Shown here piece by piece: positions 12,566 to 25,199 of a stretch of DNA of 64,000 nt. The stretch covers positions 8,060,001-8,124,000 of the forward strand of contig NC_058383.1 of assembly GCF_018350175.1 (NCBI RefSeq), written 5' to 3'. The stretch's first letter is position 1, and each line of letters starts with the position of its first letter. This DNA comes from Felis catus. Taxonomy: Eukaryota. The notes under the pieces are model-generated. The model searched no databases. It saw nothing but the letters and a program-made list of their open reading frames with translations, and had not been told where the DNA came from. The position numbers and the translations under genes are program-made.

Positions 12566-12900
12566 GGACAGCGCCCGCGCCGCTGCCGCCTTATAAAGGG
12601 GAGAGCGCAGGGTCACGTGGGCTGGCTCCGCCCCATTGACGTCAATGTTCATTCATGGGGAAGCGGGCGGGTGCCTCGAAGCGGGGGGCTGCCCAGTGAT
12701 TGGAGGATGTGGTCTTCTCCCGGCCTGCGCCTGCGCACTGGGAGCCTCGGCTAGAGGGGCGTGCGTTAGCCTAGCACCAGGGAAATGAATGAATGAATGA
12801 ATGAATGAAATCGCCGAGGCGGGCGGGGCAGGGGGCTATGAATGAATGAAGGAGGGACGAGGAGAAAAGGATGAATGAATGAATGGGAGAATGAATGGAA
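12555..12900 (-). promoter_or_regulatory. VGF proximal promoter: RE1/NRSE, TATA, E-box, CRE, CCAAT, (TCAT)n repeats
   Basis: RE1 TTCAGCACGCTGGACAGCGCC 12555-12575; TTTATAA 12591-12597; CACGTG 12614-12619; TGACGTCA 12637-12644; CCAAT 12699-12703; TGAA arrays 12786-12900. Confidence 0.9.
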
Positions 12901-14126
12901 GGGTGGATGCGGAGACGCTGCAAAGCGGGAGGGTGGGTTACAGAGCAACTTGCAGCTGCGGCAGCCCGCGTCGCTGAGCCAAATAGGATGGGGGCACTCC
13001 CGGAGTCTGACTGGGTATCAGTAGGAGATCCATACTGGGGAGGGGGAGGATAAAGATTCCAAAGCCGAGGAAGGGGCTGGACTCCCCATCCCCCGACCGC
13101 ACGCACGGTCCATAGGGAACACACCCAAGGACGGCGTGAACCCGAGAGAGGAGGGACGGATCTGCGCGCCTGCGGGCGCTGTTCGCGGATCTACGGTGCG
13201 GGGTGCCAGTCCTGGGCCGGGGCAGATGGGTGGATCTTGCGGTTTTGGTAATCCCGTTGGAAAGGGTCCGAGTCAGAAGAAAGGGGAAAGATTGAGGATG
13301 TGTGTGCCTCTGTCTTGTCTGTTCACAGTCGGTGCGTGTTTGGAGAAAAAGGTGTGTCTGTCCTTCTGTCCATCTCACTCTGTAGCGTATGTTGGCGCCC
13401 CCGCTTGCCCCTTGTCAGCCCACTTCTCCCCACCCTCCTCCTGCTTCTTTCCCTCCCTCTGCTTCCCCCCCAAAGGACGTTTGGAGGGCGAGAGCAGACC
13501 AGGTGGGGAGGGGGTTGCGCAGGTTGGGGGGGTGACTCAACTCCAGCTCTCTCCACCGCTTAAAGGGAAGGGAAGGTTTGAACGCGGTGGGGTGGGGGTG
13601 GGTGTGCAACGTCAGAGACAGCCCCTCTCTACCACCAGACCCCTCGTCCGTATCTCCTGCCAGAAGGGTTGGGGTTGGGGGCTTGGACAACTAGAGGTTG
13701 TGGTGGGGGGGGGGGGCGATGACGCACAGATTGCGCAAAGAGAATCCATCAGCGAGCCGGGTCCAGTGAAGGGAGACCAGCCGTGGGCGGGGGTGGGGGG
13801 GGGAGGACGGAAATGGGGAGGGGGTAGGGGAGAAGAGAGGAAGGCAAGGGGAGCAGCCACTGCAGGAATGAAGGGGAGGAGGGAGGTTGAAGGGGGCTGC
13901 GGTGCAGGCAGAAAGCTGTGCGGGGGCGTGGGCAGGGAAAGGGGGGAGTGACAATGACACATGCCAGACACACAAGAACTGCGGACACAGGGGTGCCTGT
14001 GGGCACACGCAGGACACCCGCGCCCTAAGACTCTGGAAACCGAGATCAGGGCAGTCTGTCAGGGCTCAGAGACTCTTTCTGAGCTAGTCCTCAACCCCCT
14101 CCTCATCTCTTCCTAGCACTGACCCT

Positions 14127-14130
<4 letters not shown>

Positions 14131-14199
<69 letters not shown>
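14131..14199 (+). repeat. (CT)n(CA)n compound microsatellite
   Basis: Directly visible; other (CA/TG)n tracts near 6688-6726, 7025-7067, 15187-15222, 21774-21812 and 39538-39584. Confidence 0.95.
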
Positions 14200-14201
<2 letters not shown>

Positions 14202-15184
14202 ACGTGCTTTCCCTCTATAGCCAGCAGTGGCTTCTCGGTTCCATCAGTGGCTCGACTTTCCCAGAAGAAAGCCCATCAGCTCTGCAGGGAAAGAGGTGGG
14301 GAGGAGCAGAGAGAGAGGCAAGAGAGAGGAGATGGGAGCAGGAGAGGGAGGGAGGGAGGAAGGAATCTGGAACAGGTAGAAGGAACAGGCTAAAGGAGAG
14401 GGGGGAAAAAAAAAAGCCCTGAGAACCAAGGTGACTGTAGAGATGCCAAAGAAAGCAGAGAGAGGAGGGGGCAGCAGACCCCAAGGCTGTGATTAACCCC
14501 CATCCCCCAACACACACAACTGTCTAGGACCACTCCCTAACCCTGTGAGCTCCCCTCATTCCTTTCTCCTCCTCTTCTCCCCTTTATCTTCCCAGCCTGG
14601 TTACTGAGAGCAGTGGAATGGGGAGGGGGTCACGTTACCTTCCCGAGGAGGATGAATCAGTGAAATGGCTCTGACATCTGGAGGGGGGAGGGGAAACCAT
14701 CCAAGAGAGAAGGGGGGAGGGAAGGAGCCAAGGGGGGGGGGGCAGACTGAGAGCTGATGGGGCTAACAACTAAGTGTGAGATGAGGGGAGACAGGCACCT
14801 AGAGAAACAGTTTGTGTTCCTGGGGGCTTGTGTACGTCCCCATCCACCTGTGTGTGCATGTACATATATGTGCATGTGTGTTTGTGTGTGTGTAGAGATT
14901 GATGAAACATAAACGGGTGGGGAGAAAGGGAATTGGAAGACCAGTTGTGTATTTAATCAGATAGAGTGGATGGGCATGGTAGTGTTCCAATTTAAATATG
15001 AAATCTCTCCCAATCTGTGTGGCCGTGTGTTTTGCCTGTGTCCAGATGTCTTTGTAGAAGTATGAGTGTGCAGGGGTTCTGATCCTTCTGAGTGTCCATA
15101 TACTTGCGTGGTTGGGAGACTTTGAGTGCATCCAGTCTGGGCATCTGCTGGTGTCTGAAAAGTGAGCCTGGCTTGATGTGTCAA

Positions 15185-15224
<40 letters not shown>

Positions 15225-17718
15225 ACGCATGTGTCTTTGTGCATTTCCCTGGGTCCTTCCATACCTTCTGATATATGTTAGAAGTTATGTGGATGTTTCT
15301 GTCTTTGATCTTGCTCGCCCCTCCCCCACATCCACCATGTCTAGATTTCTGTAAAGTAAAGCCACTCATCTGCAGCCCCCAAGTTTGGGTCCTTGCCCCC
15401 CATTTTCAGATCATTCCTCCATTCTTCCCCAACTCTTCACCCCTTCCTTCCTTCACTCAGCCCAGAAGCTCAGGAGAGCTTCTCAGACACTGACATTCCA
15501 AGAATTTCAGTCAGCATGGGGTGGAGTAGGGGACAGCAAGGTGGAAGCCAGGCACCCAGGGTGATAGGCTTGGTCATTCCACAACCTGGATCATGCCTGC
15601 ACAGACTCTGAATCTCTGGGTCTGTTTCCGCCTCTCTTCGTCTCAGTTCCCTACCTGGGTCTGCGCATTCACACACACCCCACCTCTCAGAGATGTGATG
15701 CGCCCTTCATATCCTGCTGCCTCTAGGGGCTTCTGGAAAAAAGCTGGACTGGGGACAGAATCCTGGAATCGGTAGAGGAGGGAGGTGGCAGGAAAGAAAG
15801 AAAATGGAGAGACAGAGCTGGAAAAGGCATTGCTGAGATGGGAACCTGGAGGGTACGCCTGGTGCTTGCTCTGAGTTATTTGTATAAATCCATCTCTGTC
15901 TTTGTTTCTGAATCTCTCATACTCTCCAAGAGGCTAGCAGGAGAAGCTGGGGTCCGGTGGAGTAGTGATCCAAGCTGAAGATTTGGAAAGCCAGGAGAGG
16001 GGGGACAGAGCACTGTGTCTTTTCCCTGAGAAGCTTTGGAAGAGAACAACAGGCCAGGGGCTTGGGGACCCTGCAGCTCACCGTCCCCCCATCTTTCCCT
16101 TCCCCCCAACTGGTGACTCACCTCTGCAGCCTTTCATTGCGTCAGCGATGGGGGGACAGGCAGGGAGGGGGCACTTTATGAGAGGGGAAGGGGTCTCCAC
16201 TTAGAACTGAAAGAAGGCACAGGAAGTCCCCCTGAAAATGGCCCCATTAGAAAACATCATTGCCCTATCGCCTGCCCACCCCAGTTCAGTAGGGTGTAGG
16301 GTGGGCAGTCCTGGGGAGGGGACTGAGAGGGGGCTGAGGGCCACTGGTGGGACTGGGGATGATGAGTGATAGGAAGGGGGTGCTCACCCTGATTTTCAGT
16401 TCCGGGGTCCCATTCCCTCATACCCCCACCCACTCCTGAGTGGGGGATGGGAGACCCAGCAAGCCGGGGGAGGGCAAAGCCGCAGAGATGAGTCACCAAG
16501 AGAATGAGAGAGGGAGAGAGAAAGAGACAGAGATGAGGGGAGACACAAAGAGAGACAGCTTCTGGAGAGACTGAGAAGGGAAAACACACACACCATGAAG
16601 ATGATATCCACAAACTAATCAGAGAAAGCACATTACTTTCATAATCCTGAACCAGCCTCCTCCAACACCCACCGGTCACATACAAACATACTATTATTCA
16701 GAGTTACACTGATATTCTGAGACACACCCACTTACACAAACACAGTATCACACCTAGCCTCGGCAGTGTCACTCAGACACATGCTAAGATGTGACCAGGG
16801 TAATGGAGATTTGCGTTGAGAGCCCTCGTTTCTTTTACATGGGATGGTGGGAGGGGGCAAAAACCCTGAGGGAATGTGACTTCACAAATCCAAGATGCGG
16901 CTTCAGGGACTCGCAGGCTATGCCTTGCACACACCACGATACACAGTTGCCTACCTCCCCATCCACACATACATAGTAACATATCAAGCATCCTCCTCAT
17001 CAAAAAGCCACTTGGAGTACCTGATTCTGGGGTACACCAGGCACGTTGTCCCGAATACATCCCACCCGGACACCCTCTGACTTGTACACACATGTACAGA
17101 AACGCAGACACACAAAGACTCCCATGGACACACTCACACGGACGGAAACCACCTTGCGCTGCCTCGCCTGCGTCCACACGTCCTGGCGCCCCCTCGCGTT
17201 ACTTTTCGGAGTCGCAGTCTCCGGCGCTCTGGAGCTCGGCTCCCGGGGGGGCGGTGCCCAAGCTCCCTCCACCTCCTCCCCCTTCCGCGCGTTGCCCACC
17301 CAGGAATCCGGAAAGCCAGCGCGCTGGCCCAGAGAGCTGGGAGTTAGACGCCTGGATGGTGGGGCTGAGGGAGGCCGGTCCTGGATGCCAAGGGGAACTT
17401 GGGAGAAAAGCCCACAGAATTTGGATAGCAGCGGACTCCCAGGCCCAGGGGAAAGCGAGACCCAGGCTTGTCAGGGCGCCGCGCAGCTGCCCGCCTCGCT
17501 TCTGAGCAACTGCTTCTTTCTGCCGCTTGGCTGGGGTGGGGGTGGGGGCGCGCAACGGCCAGCAGCCCTCTCCAGCTCCAGGAAGTCATTAGCCCCATTG
17601 CCACAGGGCTTAGAGATCCTCTCTAATACAGGCTGCTGGGGAAGGGGGAAGGATAATGCGCCTCATCCCTTCCCCGCTGAGAAGTGAAACAGACACAGAG
17701 GGTGGGCTAAGGGTCCTT

Positions 17719-17724
17719 TTTATT
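17719..17724 (-). terminator. Probable ancestral NAT16 polyadenylation signal
   Basis: TTTATT on the + strand, 1.5 kb downstream of the ancestral NAT16 stop. Confidence 0.5.
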
Positions 17725-19213
17725 GTAATACAGCCACGGCTGAAGTGACAGGGAGGGTGGCAGCATGGCCAGGCGCTGAAGGCAGACAAGCACAACAGCA
17801 AAACCGGAACTGGGGGAAGTGATGGAGCAGCGGCTGTCCTCTGCGCCCACCTTCTTCCACCTCCTGGCGCCCTCCTCTGCCCACGTCTCTGATTCCATCC
17901 CCAGCGACCCCTGTGCTTACTGTCAACAAATCCCTAGCAACTGTCCATCGTCCAACAAGAAGTTCAAACAGTCACCGCCACAACGAGTGAGGTTCTGAGG
18001 CATGCTCTGGCTTGGGACAGACCTGAACTCCAGTCCCTGCCAGGCTCCCAGCTGCTCTGAATGACTTGGAAGTCACTTTGATCTTTCTGAGCCTGTTTCC
18101 TCCCTCGGTGGTAGATGTGAGGATCCAGTGTAGAAGACAGCGCTGTGCAATTGCAGCTGTTACTACTTGCATTGAAATAGAAAACTGCTAAAGTCCAAAA
18201 AAAAAAAAAAAAAAAAAAAACCCATAAAGGAACCAGAGGAAGGGAGGGATGTCCAGAAATATCTGGAGGCAGGGGTTCCAGTTGCACTAGAAGGAAGCCT
18301 GGTTAGAGCCAGAAGACAGCCCCATACTGGGCTGAGGAAACTGCCCTTCCCAGCTCAAGCCCCCTGTTTCATGTCCTGCTTCAGGCACTGGTTGGGGATA
18401 TAGGAAGGGGGCCCGGGAAATAGCAACATCGTGCAAAGTTGGACGAACCCCATCATGGGGGCAGGCTTGTAAAGATGTGTCACCAGAGGGTCAACAGGGC
18501 ATTATGATTGTTTCACTTACAGGCTCTCTCTCCGTATTGCACACAGGGCGGGTGATGAAGAGTTCATGGGGAAGAGGAAGGGAGGAGCAGACAAATGGGC
18601 AATGAGGAGCTAAGTGTCTGGGGGGGGGGGGGTCCGGGGAATAGGAGGAGGGGAGCTCAGAGAGAAGGAGAGAGGGGACACTGATGTAGAGGTGCAAGAG
18701 ACTGAGAGGGCGGCAGGAGGGGAGCGCGGGGCAAGCTCTGAGAGCTTGAGAAAGGGCGGGAGGAAGAAAAGTAAGACGTGTTGGGCAGCTGGACCTTGCA
18801 CATCCCTCTACCCGCTTCCGCCCACGAGGAGGCAGAAGGGAGAAGCCAGGAAGGACGGAGTTCCCCGCCAGCCCAGGGCGACGGACAAGAAAAGGCTCTG
18901 AAGCCTGTGAAGGAACCCATTCTTTGGCCCGTGAGGGGAACGGGCGGACCATAGCAGAGCAAGGGCCTCCCCCAAACCCGGCGATCGGATCCAGTTGTGG
19001 GCCATAGAGTGGGCGCGCTAGAGGCGAGATGGCAGAGAGGCAAGGCTAAAAGGGGGGGGGGGGGGGCTCCGGTAAGGGTAAGCAGGCTTCCCAGCAGACC
19101 ACGGAGAGTAGGGGGAGGGGGCGGAGCTTGCAAACACTGGGGGGCGGGGCTTTCTGGAGAGCAGCGAAAATGGACGGATCTAAATGCTCCTCTCGCCTCC
19201 GAGAGGAGAGGCC

Positions 19214-21690
19214 CTAGATGTCGGCCTCCAGCGGGTACTGTTCTGTGTAACCCTTGACCAGCTCGAGCCCCAAGCCGGCCTGGCAGAGGTCAGCCAGCTG
19301 CGACCATAACTGGGACGCCAGGAAAAGCTGGCGCATGGCGTTGAGACCGGCGAGGCGCGGGGCCTGGCCCTAGAGGTGCCGCAGAAGCCGGCTCTGCGCC
19401 TGCGCACCAGCGCTGCGCACGGCGTCGACGTTGAGGTAGCGCCACGTGCCGTCACCGCCGTGCAGGATGGGGAAGGGGAGCGTGCACAGCGTGGGTAAAC
19501 GCGGGCGCGCGGAGCTGTCTACGTGCCACTCCAGGCCCTTGGCCACCAGCAGGCGCAGGTTGCTCTCACGTGGCCGGTAGGGCTGCCAGTCCTGGGTGAA
19601 CGTCGCGCTGCACGGAAGGCAACAGTAGGAGGCGGGCCACGTTGCCGCCAGTCTCCGACACGGTCTCGGTGGGCAGCGGCGAGGTGACGGAGGCCCGCAG
19701 CGCCGTCAGCTGCACACGCCCAGCCGCGCCAGTAGCACGGAGGCATTGACTCAGACCCAAAGGATGCTCCTGTTGGGGGCAAGAGTGAGCGCGGAGTGGG
19801 CAGCGGAAGGGCTGGAGAGCCCAGCGCCTCAGCATCTTCACACCCACGGGCTCCCAGCAGGGCCCCTCGGAAGGACCGACTGTGCCGGGCCAAGTGGAGT
19901 GGGGTATGTGAAAGCCTGCCCCACCCCCGAGGGTAGCATGGAGGACCCAGGGGCAAGTCCTCAGGATAGGTTCCTGGAGCCCCAAGGAGGGGCGGGGTTA
20001 GTGTGCGGGAGCCAGGGGACTGGGGGTGTGGGCCCCTGGGTCTCGGAGGGGAGTGGAAGGGAGGAAAACAGATCAGTCGGTAGGATAGGGGAGCCGGACG
20101 GAAAGGACAAAGATTCACATTAGGATGTTTGGATCCCTGGAGGGAGGCCGGATCAACAGAGAGGAGTCCCGGTCACGGAACTCCGGACGCTTAGGCTCCT
20201 CAGCCATCTGGAGTAAGGACTGAGGGTTTGACGGCTGGGAGTCGGGAACTTTTTGACTTCCCCTGGGCAAAAGGGCCTGGGTAAGGACTGGGAGTCCGGG
20301 GGCGGGGCTCACGGGCGCCCCCACTCGGTAGAGCCAGCAGAGAAGGAAAGCCGGTGACTGGGCTCGCGGGGAGGACGCCCGGCTACCCGAGCTCCCTTGT
20401 CCTTCTCACCTGCTTGGTGATTAGGCCGTGTTTCTTGAGCTCCCGGGGGCCCACTTGGTCGTCCCGGGTGAGCCGTGCCACCTTGACCCCCGGGTTCTGT
20501 GTCTTGACCAGCTGCGGGCAGAAGCGCCGCAGCAGCCCGGCCACGCCCTTGCCGCGCTCCCGGGGAGCCACGCACAGCCCGTCCACCAGCGCTGTCTCCC
20601 CGGAGTCGATCACGTGCGCCGACTCCAGCGCGATCGGCGGACCCAGGCCGTTAGGGGGCCCTCCGCCCCTGCCGGGACTCTCGGCTCGCAGGGCTCGCCT
20701 CTTCCCACAAGCTGAGCACTCCGTCGTCACCACCCCGGGCGCCAGGCCAGGCCCGGGCCTGCCCCAGATCTCCTCAGCACTTGGGTCTCGAATTCCAGAG
20801 CCGGCAGAGAGGGAGCTCATGCGCCGGGCTCTCGTCCACCTCTCGAGATGCTCCAGCTCCGCGTGCACCCCGTGCCTGAGCACTGGCCACGCCCCCTTCC
20901 CTTGGATCCACCCCAGGAGCTGGCTATGCCCTCCCGCCCCGGGCCTTGCCACGCCCTGCTTCTTCTTAGCTCCGCCCCGGACCCCGTCTAGGGGCTGGTC
21001 CTGCTAACCGCGTCCAGGTGCTTTTTCGTACGCGAGTTCGGTCTATCTGGGGTCCTGACCCCACTCTTGCTCTCACCCCCGGTCTACCCTCTCTTGCCTG
21101 CTCTCTTCTTTTTGTGCTCCTGCTCCCAGGAACTCCAAATGAATGCTCAAACACCCAAGCTATCACCAGCCCCTCCCTCGGGTTCCTCTGCTACCCGTGT
21201 TGTCTCCATCCCACCCTCATTGGCTGGGGCCCTGGATCCGCACATCCTACTCTTTGGTTCCAAGGCCGACTGGCTCCTCAGCATCCGGACGGGGGCTGGG
21301 GGAGAGGCTCGCCTCCTCTCTTTCTTAAGGTCCACTCACCCAAACGTAGCTTCACCCCCTTTTCACCTGGGCCCCGGCTCTCCTCACTCCTGTTTCGCTT
21401 GGCCAGCACACGGTGCCGTCCTGTTCTGTTGCCACCACGAAGTCCAATGGCTGGGCCGTGGCCTCAGGCCCCGATCCAGACCTGGGGTTGGCCCCCAAGG
21501 ACTTGGCCTTGGCCTCAGGCCCTGATTCAGCCCCCAGGGGCTCAGTCTCAGCCTCAAGCCCCCATCCGGATCTGAACTTGGCCTCCGCCTCCTGTAGTGG
21601 GGTGTTTGAGTGTGGCTCGACATCTGGCTGGGCCTCTTTTTCAGGCTTAGGGAGCTCTGAGCTGGCTGAATCACAACTGGATTGTTTCAT
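19214..21690 (-). pseudogene. NAT16: NAT16 (histidine N-acetyltransferase, GNAT) unitary pseudogene
   Basis: Exon remnants 21690-~21388 (MKQSSC...PLDFVVATEQ), 20634-20410 (IALESAHVIDSGETALVDGLCVAPRERGKGVAG...LITKQ) and 19769-19214 (...GYTEQYPLEADI*). Lesions: ~30-codon deletion plus frameshift near 21410-21420; acceptor AG>CG at 20635-20636; in-frame TGA 19751-19753; TAG 19370-19372; further indels near 19713 and 19595. Confidence 0.9.
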
Positions 21691-21770
21691 CACCCTGCAG
21701 AAAATAGACAACCCAGTATCATGGTCAGAGCCCCTGTTTCCACATATAGCACCTGACACGCGCATGCGCG

Positions 21771-21815
<45 letters not shown>

Positions 21816-24800
21816 CCCACAGTACTTTGCTACACAAATACCCCTTCTCTTTCTCTCTCCACATTAACCCTGGGAATTCAGGGCCTCCAACTCTGACCAA
21901 ATCCCAATCCTACCCTGCCCCACCCTACCAGGGTGCTCCTCAACAGTGACAAACTCAGGAATGCCATGAGCTCCTCACGGACTGGCCCCAAATCTCCTTC
22001 AACCCCAGTCACCCCCAGGGACTCAGGCAAGGGGCAGAAGGTCCTTGGAGGGGTTAAAAAAAAAATGGAAAGGCATCCCTCTAGGGTCCCACCATCTCTC
22101 TCAGGCCTCTGCAAGAACATGGGAAAGCCCCATCATCCCCACTCCTCCTACAAGAGGGTTCCCTGAGAAAAGCAGAGGGTTCAACCTCCTCCCTTTCCTA
22201 CCGCTGCCACTCTCAATCCCCAGGGCAAAGGGAGGAGGATGTAGACGCCAGATCTTCCCCCTATGTCCACTCCAGTGCCCTCCACTCCCCTCCAACACAT
22301 ACATTCAAGCATAAGCCAGAGGAGTGGACAGGTGGACAGCTCCATTAAAAAATTTCAAGTCATTTCTCCCAGGCTAATCAAACCTGCCTTTCCCTTCCTT
22401 CTGCTGGAGTTTGTCCTCTCCTTCTCCATAGGAAGACCTGGTTCCACTCTAGGGCTAGATGACTATTTGGAAAAGGGCTCTGTTGGAACTCCTGCCAACA
22501 AGATGTGCACAGGGATCACCGATGCCCCCTCCCCCCATTTACCTTCCCTACAGAGAGTCTCTGTGTTCTCTCTCTCCCTCTGTTCTGCTTTTAGTTTCTC
22601 CCTATAATTCTTGCTCTGTCTCTTGCTCAATACTTTCTGTGCCCTTCCCCTTCTCGTTTTTGGGTCAACTCCTATGGATCTAGTACCCTTTGGCCTCCAG
22701 CTCTTCTGTCTTCCCTGCCAGAGACAGGGCCAAAGAGAAAGGCCCCTCCCCAAGTCCTGAAGACTCCTCATTTCCAGACCTCTCTCCTTCAAACCAACCA
22801 AATCAACTAATCGTTATTAATTTTTATTTGACTGGGGGAGGGGCAAAGGGAGGGAGAGAGAAAGAGAAACAGAATTCAGGCTCCATGCTCAGCACTGAGC
22901 CCAACGCAGGGCTTGATCCCAGGACCCTGGGATCCTGACCTGAGCCAAAATCAAGTGTTGGAAGTTCAACCGACTGAGTCACACAAGTGCCCACCCAAAT
23001 CCTCCAATTAAATCCTCCTCTTTCAGCCAATTATAACTGTCCCTTCATATAACCTACATTAAGCCTCATTAACCAACATCCCAGGGGACACACATACCAG
23101 CTACTTTGTGAGAGATAATATGGTGTTGGTTGGCTATTTATTTATTGTTATAATAAATATAACCTAGGCTTGACCTAGGCTTGGGATAGGGGACAAACAA
23201 TGACACCAAGGAGTTTAGGGATGATCTTAGCCTCCATGCCATAAACATAGTTTACATGAACACAGCGTGCCTGCTGTACAGACAAACCTTTAAAACAAGA
23301 GCTCCATCTCCCTCTTTCTTTTCAGTCTGATGCTGATGTCTAAGGCTCTCCCAGGTAAGCCTGGATGAAGTAAGACAGCATCAGGCCAATGTCATCAGAG
23401 GTGGGGGCAGCACAGGCTCAGAGGATCCTAGAGCCCCTGCTAGAGTTGGGGACCATCAGGTTCAACCCACTTCTTTCACAATGAGGAAACAGACCCCCAA
23501 GGAGGCTAAGGTCTTGCCTAAAGTGACTCAGCTTGGGCAGAGCCAGGCTAACAGTTACGCTTTCCTAGCCCCCAGGCTAGTGGTGGGGAGACCTCTTTTT
23601 GGTGTATATTTGGATCTCCAAACCCAGCCTGAAGAGCAAGGAATTACTGGGTCCTTGGCAGGAGTCAAAGGTCCCAAGGGTTAAGGGCTAAGAACCAGAG
23701 ATGGGACCATGGGAGGAATCCCCACTACCCTCTGCCCATGTCAGCAGTTCCTATGCCAACAACAAGCCGGGGACCAGCTCAAGCATCAGATTCCTTGTGA
23801 CAGGCAGGAATGACGAGGCTCAGAAGAGATAAAAGCAAGTTAGCTTGTGGCTCCCATCTATGTCTCCAGGCAACCTCACCAGCTGTTCCTGAGTCCCTGG
23901 AAAATAACAAGCTGGTAGTTCTGTGCTGACTCCAGCGATTCCCCACTGCCCCAAAAAGGGACAGAAAGTGAGCAACTTGTAGACTGGGACACATCCAACG
24001 AATAATTCGAGACACGAGGTTTTGGTTACCCCTCTTGTGCTTTCAAGATGGGGGAGAGTATTTCCAAAGGGTGTGTCTATGCCTTGGATAAAGTGGTTTG
24101 TAAGGGGGTCGCAGGGAAGAAGGAAGCGCCTGCAAATTCATCTCTTCATTTTTCCCCCAGTCACTCTTCTACACCTGCTCCCTTTGGTGGGGAGGCGGGG
24201 GACAAAACAGTTCCAAATTCCTTAAGCCCTGGGGGAGGTGGGGACTGGGAAAAAAGCAGGTCGGGGGTTCCAGGCTAAGCCAAAGCTGCTGGCTGGCCCC
24301 ACAACCCTGGCTCCACACTCTGATCCCTTCCCATCCCTCAGAATAGCGCCCTCCAACCGGGCTCCTTGAACTATCGCTCCCATAGGTGTCTAGGCAGAGG
24401 AAGGGGCAGCCCTTTGCGTCCAGGGCACTGTGGGAGATGTAGTTCCGGCATCTCCTGGACCAAGCTCCAGGAAGAGGGGCGGCACATCCCCTCCATATCC
24501 TCCGCATCCTTGGACCTATTCTTTCAATCTTATAAATATAAATGATCGCTCTGGGAGGGGATGATTCTAGTCCTCGCTGGGCATGCTGGGAGCCCCCCTA
24601 CCCCACCTCCACCGCACCCCACACACCTGAAATATTGATGCCCTTGAGGTCGACAGCTTCTCGGAGCTGGAAGAGGGAGCAGAGGGAGCAGAGAGCGGAG
24701 AGGCGGGGACAAAGAGACGGCAGTTACACAAAGCGCCCAAAGAACAGAGCGGGAAGGACAGGAAGGGAGGCAGGAAGGAGACAAAGGCGGACAGGGGGAT

Positions 24801-25199
24801 GCGAGGCAGAAGAGGATGGGAGAGGGGAGTGGCAGCAGGCATGGATATCAGACACAGACATGACACCTCGTGACTCAGGGCCCAGCAGATGCCAAAAAAA
24901 GTCCTAGCGCTGCACCCCCTCCCCAGAGAGACCATAAATAGAAAACAGCGACACACCCCCTTCTCCCAACGGTGTGCGATGGGGGAAGGGGTCAAGGGGA
25001 AGAGAAAGCCAGAAAAGGGTCTGGAAGAGAACAGAGACCTGGGGACAGAGGCAGGGAGACAAGATAACATGGGGCAAAGGCAGGGGGTGAGGAAGATAGA
25101 CCAACGAGCGGTGTGTGCGTGGGGGTGGGGGGAGGGTGCTCCAGGGCCACAGTCATGGACTGGGGACTGTACTCAGGGGTCTTCCCCAGTTTTCCCTCT

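Noticed and set aside
12786-12900. Interspaced TGAA repeats as a CRISPR-like array
   Set aside because: Tetranucleotide microsatellite in a mammalian promoter, with no fixed repeat-spacer periodicity
13136-13951. 271-aa G-rich ORF upstream of VGF
   Set aside because: Low-complexity Gly-rich translation of G-rich regulatory DNA
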